Below, piece by piece: positions 9,588 to 17,102 of a DNA stretch of 64,000 nt. Both the position numbers and the translations under genes were made by a program. Source of the stretch: Planctomycetota bacterium (lineage in GTDB: Bacteria > Planctomycetota > MHYJ01 > JACQXL01); NCBI GenBank assembly GCA_043801445.1, contig JAZDMB010000012.1, positions 714-64,713 of the forward strand, in the 5' to 3' direction. How positions within the stretch are numbered: position 1 is the stretch's first letter; the number at the start of each line of letters is the position of its first letter. The notes under the pieces were generated by a model. The model made no database searches. It had not been told where the DNA came from and saw nothing but the letters and a program-made list of their open reading frames with translations.

Positions 9588-10283
9588 ATGATAAAGATAA
9601 GAATAAAATGGTTAATGCTTATCCTGTTGATATGCGTAATGCTCACGGACTGCGGTAATCTCTCTGACAAAAAAGACAAGGACGACAGCAGAAGTATCGC
9701 ACCCCTAACGGGGCAAGGCTCAGTGAAGAAGTCCCGAGAGGGACCGCTTTCCGGTAAACCAACACGAATGGTTTGGTATTATGCTGCAGGGCCAGATGGG
9801 GTCCGGTTCACCGCTGATGATGTGGGTTATTACGATTTCTACACCTATGATGTCCAGGGGAAACTGACACGAGATGTTAGCTATGCTTATGCAGGGGCAG
9901 ATGGGATTTGGTTCACCGCAGATGATGAGGGGGTTTACTACAATTCCTACACCTATGATGCCCAGGGGAAACTGACACGAGAGTCTAGCTATGCCAATGA
10001 CGGGATAGATGGGAGATGTTTCATTGCAACTGCTGTGATATGTGGCTACGATTCCTACACCTATGATGCCGAGGGGAACCTGACACGAAAGGTTTTGTAT
10101 CATGGTGCCGGGCCAGATGGGGTCTTCACTCCAGATGACCTGTTGCCTAGTGGATACTTTTTCTACACCTATGATGCCCAAGGGAGACTGACACGAGATG
10201 TTGAGTATTGTGATGCAGGGCCAGATGGTGTCTGGTTCACCGCTGATGATGATATGCGGTGGTACTCCTACACCTATGATTAA
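9588..10283 (+). CDS. small secreted/lipoprotein-like protein built from 5 YD (RHS-type) repeats
   Basis: Five repeats of 'GPDG(V/I)(W/R)FT.DD.....Y(T)YD.QG(K/R/N)LTR...Y'. N-terminal hydrophobic segment ends in ...VMLTDC. The ATG at 9588 has GAGG 6 nt upstream; the track's TTG at 9582 is an alternative. Confidence 0.8.
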   Translation: MIKIRIKWLMLILLICVMLTDCGNLSDKKDKDDSRSIAPLTGQGSVKKSREGPLSGKPTRMVWYYAAGPDGVRFTADDVGYYDFYTYDVQGKLTRDVSYAYAGADGIWFTADDEGVYYNSYTYDAQGKLTRESSYANDGIDGRCFIATAVICGYDSYTYDAEGNLTRKVLYHGAGPDGVFTPDDLLPSGYFFYTYDAQGRLTRDVEYCDAGPDGVWFTADDDMRWYSYTYD

Positions 10284-10329
10284 AAAAATTCCCGACTTAT
10301 ATTAGTGGGAGGGTCCAATGCCACCTGGA

Positions 10330-10644
10330 ACACGTATTGGTATCAATGCCATATGACCTCAAAACAGTTCAATCTCAGCGACTTTTTCTGCACAGAGTAC
10401 AGGTCCACTTAGATTTGGATTTTATAATCCAGGACCACCGCCGCGGAGAACAACTGGATTAAGTGATAAGGATCCATCGGACTCAAAGATAAGCGGTTTG
10501 CTACTAACCGACTTCTCAGAAGGAGAAGTATGTGATTTGATTTATATTAAGATAGAGATTATAGATGGGAAAACAATAGATGAGAAAACAGGCAAAGGCA
10601 AAGTGATATGTGGTAAAAAAATTATGATACATCTTGCAGAATGA
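10330..10644 (+). pseudogene. 3'-terminal remnant of a paralog of the 4955-8077 surface protein
   Basis: The nucleotide and protein sequence parallels the last ~95 codons of 4955-8077 (…FYNPGPPPRRTTGLSDKDPSDSKISGLLLTDFSEGEVCDLIYIKIEI…ICGKKIMIHLAE* versus …FYDPEPPHRIRTGLVDKDKSNSGISDLVLTDFSLGEVCNLIYIKFEI…ICGKKIMIHLAE*). In-frame TGA at 10354 and no start codon. Same junction to a HEAT-repeat gene as in copy 1. Confidence 0.8.
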
Positions 10645-10705
10645 CCGACAAAACAAGAATATCTTGTTTAATCTGGCGGTGAAATCGAATGAGGTAAAGG
10701 ATGAT

Positions 10706-12055
10706 ATGAAGTCTTTTATTATCTTGTCTATTTTGATAATCTTTATAGTAGTGGCAGGCTATTTTATTATCAAGTGTTATCATCCTGACTCTTTGGTTTC
10801 GCCTCCTTCTAAGCAAGACAAACATACTATAGAAAAACATGTTACAGATAAGAGGGATTCTAATCAAACCAATATCCCCAAAAACATTGTAATAACATCT
10901 GATTTATCTAATCAAACAATAGCATCTGGTTCATCCTGCAGTTATACCACTGCAAAAGATAAGAACTACTCTGAACTTGCCGAACGGCTCCGGCAGACTG
11001 TTCCTGATTCCGAACGACCAGTGAAGATTAAAGAATTCATTCGCCAATTAAAAGAAGCAAAGGCACAATCACCACTATTCATTGGGGCGTGTGTTATGAT
11101 TCGCGCACTTGACGCTAAAGAAGCAATCCCTGAATTAATAAACCTTCTGGATGATGAAGACAAATGCTATATGGCCATGGTAACCCTTGGTGGGCTTGGC
11201 GCCAAAGAGGCAATCCCTAAAATAATAAACCTTCTGGATGATGAACGCGAAGGCCTTACAGCCACAAGAGTTCTTGGTGAACTCGGCGCCAAAGAGGCAA
11301 TTCCTAAATTAATGAATCTGCTGAATCATAAATATGAGGAAATGCGTGTGGCTGCTGTTCAAACTCTCAGCAAACTTGGCGCCAAAGAGGCAATCCCTGA
11401 ATTAACAAATCTGCTGAATGATGAAAGTGGTCAAGTGCGTCTGACTGCCGCTTGTGCTCTCGACAACCTCGGCGTCAGAGATGTAGCAATCCCTGAAATA
11501 ACAAAACTACTGAATGATGAAAGTATTTCAGTGCTACTGTCTGCCGCTTGCGCCCTCGGCGACCTTGGCGCCAAAGATGTAGCAATCACTGAACTAATAA
11601 AACTGCTGAAAACTGGAAAGCTCGCGCCGCCCGTCGCGTCCGTCTTCCGCGCATCCGCCGCTCGTTCACTCGGCAGATTTGACGCCAGAGAATCAATCCC
11701 GGAACTAATAAAACTACTGGATGATGAAGCTTGGGAGGTACGCCAGGCAGCTGGTGATGCACTCGGAGAACTTGATGATAAAGAGATAATCACTGACCCT
11801 AAACCAACGGAACCACTGAGAGATAAAGATTCTTTGTGGGCGTGTAAAATAGCATTGGCTATTAATCCCAAAGATGCCTTAGCTTATCTTTATATGGGAG
11901 TTATTTATCACGATAGATTCGATAACCCTTCCAAGGCAATTTTCTACTATACCAAATATCTGGAATTGGCGTCACCAGATGCACGTGAGCGTGAGGATGT
12001 GGATCGAGGGATTAAGGACTGCAACAAACGCATTAATCATTCTCGTTCTAAGTAA
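10706..12055 (+). CDS. membrane-anchored HEAT-repeat protein, paralog 2
   Basis: Colinear with 8139-9491: same N-terminal TM helix, same HEAT repeats, same C-terminal '...INPKDA.AYL.MG.IY......N.SKA.FYYT.YLELA.PDA.ER.DV.R.IKD......HSRSK'. The ATG at 10706 corresponds to 8139. Confidence 0.85.
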   Translation: MKSFIILSILIIFIVVAGYFIIKCYHPDSLVSPPSKQDKHTIEKHVTDKRDSNQTNIPKNIVITSDLSNQTIASGSSCSYTTAKDKNYSELAERLRQTVPDSERPVKIKEFIRQLKEAKAQSPLFIGACVMIRALDAKEAIPELINLLDDEDKCYMAMVTLGGLGAKEAIPKIINLLDDEREGLTATRVLGELGAKEAIPKLMNLLNHKYEEMRVAAVQTLSKLGAKEAIPELTNLLNDESGQVRLTAACALDNLGVRDVAIPEITKLLNDESISVLLSAACALGDLGAKDVAITELIKLLKTGKLAPPVASVFRASAARSLGRFDARESIPELIKLLDDEAWEVRQAAGDALGELDDKEIITDPKPTEPLRDKDSLWACKIALAINPKDALAYLYMGVIYHDRFDNPSKAIFYYTKYLELASPDAREREDVDRGIKDCNKRINHSRSK

Positions 12056-12142
12056 ATGATATCGGTGTACCTGCGACACACATCTGAACAAGCCAAAAAT
12101 ACCCAAAAACTAACGGGAAATTAATCAACAAAGGATGAATAA

Positions 12143-12437
12143 GTATCCCAAGGGATGACTGGCTTGTTCCAAGGGACGAAGGGTTTGTACTCAAGAACAG
12201 CTGAGTTGTACCAAGGAATAATTGGGCTGTTCCAAAGAACGAACGGTTTGTACTGAGGGACGAAGGGTTTGTACTGAAGAACGACTGAGTTGTACCAAGG
12301 AACAATTGGACTGTTCCAAGGAACGACCGGCTTGTACTGAAGAACGAACGCTGGTACTCAAGAACGAATGGCTTGTACTGAGGAACGAAGGGTTCATCCC
12401 TAGGGCTGAACGGTTTAGACTCAGGGATATCTGAGAT
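12143..12437 (+). repeat. 21-bp tandem repeat array 3 (about 14 units, with an 84-bp higher-order period)
   Basis: Units start at 12166, 12187, 12208, 12229, 12250, 12271, 12292, 12313, 12334 (a 20-bp unit), 12354, 12375, 12396 and 12417. A typical unit is GTACTGAAGAACGACTGAGTT. The 4-unit block 12187-12270 is repeated at 12271-12353. Confidence 0.9.
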
Positions 12438-12532
12438 GTCCTTGTAAAGTTCTAATCAGTGCTATGGCGGTCCCTGACGGAACTGCTTCAGTGAACCTCG
12501 CCCCGTTAGCGGTGGCTTTTACAAGGTTTTCC

Positions 12533-12560
12533 TTGACACAGACTGTTTTTTGATTATAAT
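12533..12560 (+). promoter_or_regulatory. sigma70-like promoter candidate for 12783-14948
   Basis: TTGACA (12533-12538), 16-nt spacer, TATAAT (12555-12560). Implies a ~220-nt structured leader. Confidence 0.4.
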
Positions 12561-12782
12561 AATTAATTAGACGAAGCAAGAAAACTTCGTAACCACAGAC
12601 AAACACAGATTGACACAGATAATTGACGATATTTTATAAGGAATCCATTAGACCAAGATTAATCCTTTCTTGTATTCTTGGTCTCTTTATAGACATATCG
12701 TATTGCTCTGTGAACTCTGTGGCTAATTTTTACCTGTGCCCGTAGGGTATACTTTCCTATACCTTAAAAAAAGGAGTAGTTT

Positions 12783-14948
12783 ATGATTAACATACTGAAA
12801 GGTATCAGCGGATTTATTATAATAGCCATCGTGATAGCATTGGGGTTCGGTATTGTCCGGGCAGTTCCGGTCGGTAAGGAAACGCCAAAGCAGGAGAAAG
12901 CTACACCGGTACAGAGCGAGACCAAAGAAAAAACACCTGCCCGACTGGACACCCAGTCAGGCGGGAAAGAGGAACAAACTCCCCGCGAAAAGGAAATATG
13001 GATTTATAAACTGATTCATAAACTGGAGACTTCGCAAGACCTGTGGGTCAAAGTGGAGGCGGTAAAAAAACTGGGCGAGTTAAAAGACCCCAAGGTAATC
13101 ACGGCACTTGCCAGAGCGCTCAATGACGAAAGTGTTGATATCTGTGTGGAAGCGCTGCGCGCCCTAAAGAAAATAGGCGATGCCGAATCGCTCAAACTAC
13201 TTATGACCGGCACCGTCATCTACGATATGCAGTCACTCCGTTTCTATGCCCTTGAAGCAGCCCTGGCTATCGACCCGGTAAAAACCCGGGAATTCCTTAA
13301 AGCCAATTTCAAAAGCGTATTTCCTAATGTCCGCAATAATGCCGCTGAATCACTGGCGAATCTGGTCACTCTCACCAATAAAAGAGACAAGGAATCTATC
13401 GAACAATTAGTGAGTCTTTTAAGCCATGAACCGAATAAAGACAATCGTGAAAAAATAGCAGAATCACTAAATCTCATTACTCAGGCTGAACTGACCTCTG
13501 CAGAACCCAAAGACTGGCAGGAGTGGTGGCACAAGAATAAAAAAACCATGAGCGAAAATATAAAAACCAAAGAAGTGATTACAGGGACGGAAAAACCGGA
13601 AACAAAACCGAGCCCTGAAAAAAAAGCCAAAGCCATTAAACAGAAAAAAGCGCAGGATGAATTTGATGCGTTCAAAGACAAGACAATCCTGGACAGAAAT
13701 CCCGACGACCCGACCAAATCCTATTTCGCAGGCCGTTCTGAGGAAGGTAAAACGCTCTCAGTAGCCGCATTTGCCAACGGTGACAGCCGCGTCCTGAAAC
13801 TGGTGGAAGACGCCCTTAACTGGCTGCAGCGTCACCAGGAAAAAGAAGGATTCTGGGACTATAACGGCTATGTTAAACACTGCCATTCCAGTCCGCCAGG
13901 GGCAGATATATCTCCGGCACAGGGTAACCCGCCGGAGGTGGGTCTGCCTCAGGCACAGGGCAGCAAGGAAAAAACTGCATCCGACAAGAAGAAGACTGCA
14001 TCCGATAAAACAGACGATACCACCGAGATTAAAGGTGATTATGACGTAGCCGTAACAGGCTTGGCATTACTGGCATTCCTCGGAGCCGGACATACTCATA
14101 TGCCGGGCCAGAAAGTCGGATTACCGGCCGGCGGAAAATATAAACCTACTGTAGAACGCGGACTGCACTGGCTGGTTTCCAATCAGAACGGCGACGGCAG
14201 TTTCCGCAATCCAGTCACAGGCGGTGTCGGCAACAAGGTCAATATGTTTGAACAGGCGATGGCAACACTGGCGATATCCGAGGCATACGGCATGACCGGC
14301 GACGAAACGCTGAAAGTCCCGGCGCAGAAGGCGATGAGCTTTATCAATTATGCCAAGAACCCGGGCAAGGGCTGGCGTTATACGCCTAATTGCAGCGATA
14401 ACGATACCTCTGTTGTCGGCTGGCAGGTCTTTGCACTGAAATCAGGCAAGGTTTCAGGTCTGGACATAAACCGCAACGATTTCGTTGACGCATCCAAATG
14501 GCTGGATGATATGACTAATTTAGAAACTGCCCGGGTCGGTTATAACAAAAAAGGAACCGGCTCTACTGCCATTACTTCTATCGGCATTATCTGCAAGATG
14601 CTTCTGGGCTGGCGTAATGATTCGCCCATTTTACAAAAGGGAGCGGAAATCGTCCTTAAGGATGACTCTTACCAGGGCGAGACACAGGATTTCTATCATA
14701 TCTACCAGACCTCTCTGGCGATGTTCCAGATGGGCGGACGCTACTGGGAAAACTGGAATAGCCAGATGACAAATTTCCTGGGTAATGCAGCCGTCAAAGA
14801 AGGCTGTGAACACGGCAGTTGGTCTGCCCGGATTGAGAAATGGTCTAAAAGCAGGGTTTACACCACAGCACTTGGCGCACTGTCGCTGGAAATCTATTAC
14901 CGATACCTGCCATTTGCCAGAACTGAAAAGTCAGAACAGCCGATGTAG
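12783..14948 (+). CDS. membrane-anchored HEAT-repeat / prenyltransferase-squalene-oxidase-repeat protein
   Basis: N-terminal TM helix. HEAT-like units follow (KVEAVKKLGELKDPKVITALARALNDESVDICVEALRALKKIG). The C-terminal half has terpenoid-cyclase-type repeats (QNGDGSF, GKGWRY, EHGSWS, LGALSLEIYYRY). SD AAAAGGAG. Contains two in-frame GC-rich elements. Confidence 0.85.
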   Translation: MINILKGISGFIIIAIVIALGFGIVRAVPVGKETPKQEKATPVQSETKEKTPARLDTQSGGKEEQTPREKEIWIYKLIHKLETSQDLWVKVEAVKKLGELKDPKVITALARALNDESVDICVEALRALKKIGDAESLKLLMTGTVIYDMQSLRFYALEAALAIDPVKTREFLKANFKSVFPNVRNNAAESLANLVTLTNKRDKESIEQLVSLLSHEPNKDNREKIAESLNLITQAELTSAEPKDWQEWWHKNKKTMSENIKTKEVITGTEKPETKPSPEKKAKAIKQKKAQDEFDAFKDKTILDRNPDDPTKSYFAGRSEEGKTLSVAAFANGDSRVLKLVEDALNWLQRHQEKEGFWDYNGYVKHCHSSPPGADISPAQGNPPEVGLPQAQGSKEKTASDKKKTASDKTDDTTEIKGDYDVAVTGLALLAFLGAGHTHMPGQKVGLPAGGKYKPTVERGLHWLVSNQNGDGSFRNPVTGGVGNKVNMFEQAMATLAISEAYGMTGDETLKVPAQKAMSFINYAKNPGKGWRYTPNCSDNDTSVVGWQVFALKSGKVSGLDINRNDFVDASKWLDDMTNLETARVGYNKKGTGSTAITSIGIICKMLLGWRNDSPILQKGAEIVLKDDSYQGETQDFYHIYQTSLAMFQMGGRYWENWNSQMTNFLGNAAVKEGCEHGSWSARIEKWSKSRVYTTALGALSLEIYYRYLPFARTEKSEQPM
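13927..14006 (+). repeat. GC-rich ~62-bp element, in frame inside CDS 12783-14948
   Basis: ACCCGCCGGAGGTGGGTCTGCCTCAGGCACAGGGCAGCAAGGAAAAAACTGCATCCGACAAGAAGAAGACTGCATCCGATA, translated as NPPEVGLPQAQGSKEKTASDKKKTASD. Confidence 0.8.
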
Positions 14949-14996
14949 CTGTTATATACCAGCAGGCTTTCTCTGTGTACTCTGTGTCTCTGTGGC

Positions 14997-15998
14997 TTAT
15001 CCCCTCAACACGACCACATCAAATGTATTATCCGCTATAGCCGGCTGGTTTAGTAAGATTGAAACACCTGTGCCTTGCGGTAACCCAGGTAACAGGAATA
15101 GTTGCCTGATTAACTGGTCTTGATTCGTGGGAATAGAGTAACCTAAAATCACACCGCCATTCAAATCCGGGTCTCCCAAAGGCGGATATAACCCGCCTAC
15201 TTGTAATGCTGGAATTGTGATGCTGACAATCTTATAACTTAATTTAGTTTTCGATACCGCGCCATCGGCAATTTCACCTGTTGCAACAGGAGGGACTAAC
15301 GGCCTCACCGCTCCACCCGGAACAAAAGACAATTTCTCCGGTGTTACTGCACCGTTACTAATCTTGGCGGTCTCTACTGCGTTCGTGGCAAGTTTAGCAG
15401 CAGTAACTGCGCTGGATGCAATCTTCTGAGCGATTATTGAAGCATCGGCAATCTCATCAGTCGCAACCGGTGGCGTTATCGGGCGGACAATAGACGGCGG
15501 AACAAAAGACAATTTCGCCGGAGTTACCGAGCCATTGGCTATCTTCTCCGTTGTAACCGCACCATTCGCTAACCGAGCACTGCTAACTGCCCCAGATGCA
15601 ATCTTCGCACTCGTTACTGCGCTGGTGGCAATCTTCTCGGTCGTTACTGCGCCATTGATTATCTTCTCGGTGATAACGGTATTCGGTTGTAGGTGAGCGG
15701 TGCTAATTGCGCCATTCGCTAGTCGCTCACCGCTAACCGCTCCAGGGGCAATCTTCAGTGTTGTTACTGCGCCGGTGGCGATTTTCTCAGTTGTGACACA
15801 TGCATCCTTTAACCGGGAACTGCTTACCTGTTTCTCGCCGATTTTATCACGGGTCACCGCTCCATTAGCAATCTTTTCGGTAGTTACACTTGCAACCTGT
15901 AACTTAGAACTTGAAACCTGCAACTCGCCTATTTTAGGCGCTGTCACCGCGCCGTTAGCAATATGCTCGGTCTTTACCTCATTCGGTAATAATGACAT
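14997..15998 (-). CDS. decapeptide-repeat (fibre-like) protein of unknown function, cassette copy 1 gene B
   Basis: About 19 units of 'T(E/D)KIA.GAVT'-type 10-residue repeats, then a C-terminal domain nearly identical to that of 61733-62587. No signal peptide. Confidence 0.8.
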   Translation of the reverse strand: MSLLPNEVKTEHIANGAVTAPKIGELQVSSSKLQVASVTTEKIANGAVTRDKIGEKQVSSSRLKDACVTTEKIATGAVTTLKIAPGAVSGERLANGAISTAHLQPNTVITEKIINGAVTTEKIATSAVTSAKIASGAVSSARLANGAVTTEKIANGSVTPAKLSFVPPSIVRPITPPVATDEIADASIIAQKIASSAVTAAKLATNAVETAKISNGAVTPEKLSFVPGGAVRPLVPPVATGEIADGAVSKTKLSYKIVSITIPALQVGGLYPPLGDPDLNGGVILGYSIPTNQDQLIRQLFLLPGLPQGTGVSILLNQPAIADNTFDVVVLRG

Positions 15999-16010
15999 AA
16001 TATACCTTTC

Positions 16011-16058
16011 AAATCCCCCTCTTCTCCCCCTTTGATAAAGGGGGATGAAGGGGGATTT
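16011..16058 (-). terminator. conserved two-tier G5/C5 hairpin between cassette genes A and B (copy 1)
   Basis: AAATCCCCC-N-CCCCCTTTG..CAAAGGGGG-N-GGGGGATTT. Flanked by an A-tract and a T-tract. Confidence 0.5.
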
Positions 16059-16073
16059 ATCTATTCGTTTTAA

Positions 16074-16733
16074 CTATGGACTGACCGTGCATTTGGCGGT
16101 TTCGCTGAACGGACCCGTGCGTATCTTCTTATCAAACCACTGCGCCCGGTATTCCACATTAGTCGGCTCGGTTATTGCCAGATTGTGTAAATAGGGGCTG
16201 TTGGTGTCATCCGCCACGAATGTCCACGGCCCGCTTTCTATCCGATACGAGATTCTTGCACCGGCAATGTCAGCCGGCTTGGCATTGCGTTTCTCATTGG
16301 ACGGGTTAACGCCGAAATGAACCGTCACCTGTCCGCGCTGTTTCCAGTCCAGAATCAGGTTAGGTGGCGCCAGATTCAGCACATAGTCCGGCGGAATCGG
16401 GGTCGGTTCCCTATCCGGCACGGTAATTGCCAGAATTTCGCGGTTTGCGTCGGTCATCCCCGGATGTTTCTGGAGCATCCCTGCCACAGCCCTGACCGCA
16501 TCTTTAGCAGCATCACGCAATTCATCCTTGTTTTCTGCGGCTGATTGGGCGGTATTTTGTGCCGTCTGGAGCGCCACATAACCAATCAGCCAATCATCAT
16601 AGGCATCGGTTACTGCGGTAATCAAAGCCGGGGCAATCCCCAGCGGAGTCGCAATCACACTGATATTAGTGCTGAAATTACGAAGCCATTCGTCAAACTG
16701 GGCGTCCACCCTTGGTATATAATCTCTTGCCAT
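16074..16733 (-). CDS. hypothetical protein (helical N-terminal half, beta-rich C-terminal half), cassette copy 1 gene A
   Basis: Paralog of 60939-61613 (YIP..DA.F..W..NF..., ...DTNSPY.HN..., ...AQWFD...R.GPF). Strong SD AGGAGGTGAAAT before the ATG. Confidence 0.8.
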   Translation of the reverse strand: MARDYIPRVDAQFDEWLRNFSTNISVIATPLGIAPALITAVTDAYDDWLIGYVALQTAQNTAQSAAENKDELRDAAKDAVRAVAGMLQKHPGMTDANREILAITVPDREPTPIPPDYVLNLAPPNLILDWKQRGQVTVHFGVNPSNEKRNAKPADIAGARISYRIESGPWTFVADDTNSPYLHNLAITEPTNVEYRAQWFDKKIRTGPFSETAKCTVSP

Positions 16734-16796
16734 ATTTCACCTCCTACTTTACCATAAGTTATTACAGTTACAGTTGTTATGCAAATTATCCGGTGC

Positions 16797-17076
16797 CTGA
16801 AACAAACCGGTCGTTGCTCTCTACGAACCGGTCGTTGCCCTCTACGAACCGTTGTTGTCATCTACGAACCGGTCGTTGCCTTCTACGAACTAGTCGTTGC
16901 CCTCTACGAACCAGTCGTCGCTCTCTACGAACCGGTCGTTGCTTTCTACGAACCGGTCGTTGCCCTCTACGAAACATCGTTGCCTTCTACAAACCGGTCG
17001 TTGCCCTCTACGAATCCCTTGTCGCTCTCTACGAACGAGTTGTCGCCCTCTACGAACTTCTCGTAGCTCTCTACAA
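16797..17076 (-). repeat. 21-bp tandem repeat array 1 (about 13 units), upstream of cassette copy 1
   Basis: The plus-strand unit is CTACGAACCGGTCGTTGCCCT (gene orientation TCGTAGAGGGCAACGACCGGT). Two units are 20 bp, which shifts every reading frame. Confidence 0.9.
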
Positions 17077-17089
17077 ATCACCTCCTTTC
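17077..17089 (-). promoter_or_regulatory. 13-nt complement of the 16S rRNA 3' tail (GAAAGGAGGTGAT) at the head of array 1
   Basis: The minus strand reads GGAAAGGAGGTGATTTGTAG, the same motif and TTG as at 60533-60549, but here the TTG is followed immediately by TAG. Confidence 0.6.
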
Positions 17090-17102
17090 CGTATAGTTAA
17101 TA

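Noticed and set aside
9720-10181. Antisense or shadow ORFs inside confident genes. Examples: 256-600, 1445-1756, 3200-3454, 9720-10181, 11431-11871, 15700-16035, 17254-17649, 19514-19822, 54923-55606, 58173-58697 and 61825-62226
   Set aside because: Each lies opposite or out of frame within a CDS that has clear family motifs. Several are by-products of codon periodicity in repeat-rich genes (YD repeats, HEAT repeats, decapeptide repeats). None has recognisable motifs or an RBS.
12048-12434. ORFs 12048-12305(-), 12191-12397(-) and 12222-12434(+) across array 3
   Set aside because: These are repeat-generated open frames with low-complexity products (STNPSSL... and CTEER...). They are mutually overlapping on both strands and have no RBS.
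12143-12437. CRISPR array interpretation of the three tandem-repeat arrays (also 16797-17076 and 60558-60725)
   Set aside because: The units abut one another with no unique spacers, the 21-bp unit is shorter than CRISPR repeats, and no cas genes are in the window.
14997-16733. Diversity-generating retroelement, or prophage tail-fibre locus, as an explanation for the variable gene B
   Set aside because: The window contains no reverse transcriptase, no template repeat matching a variable region, and no integrase, terminase, capsid or tail genes. The variation is in repeat number and order at the N-terminal side, not adenine-specific substitutions at the C-terminus.
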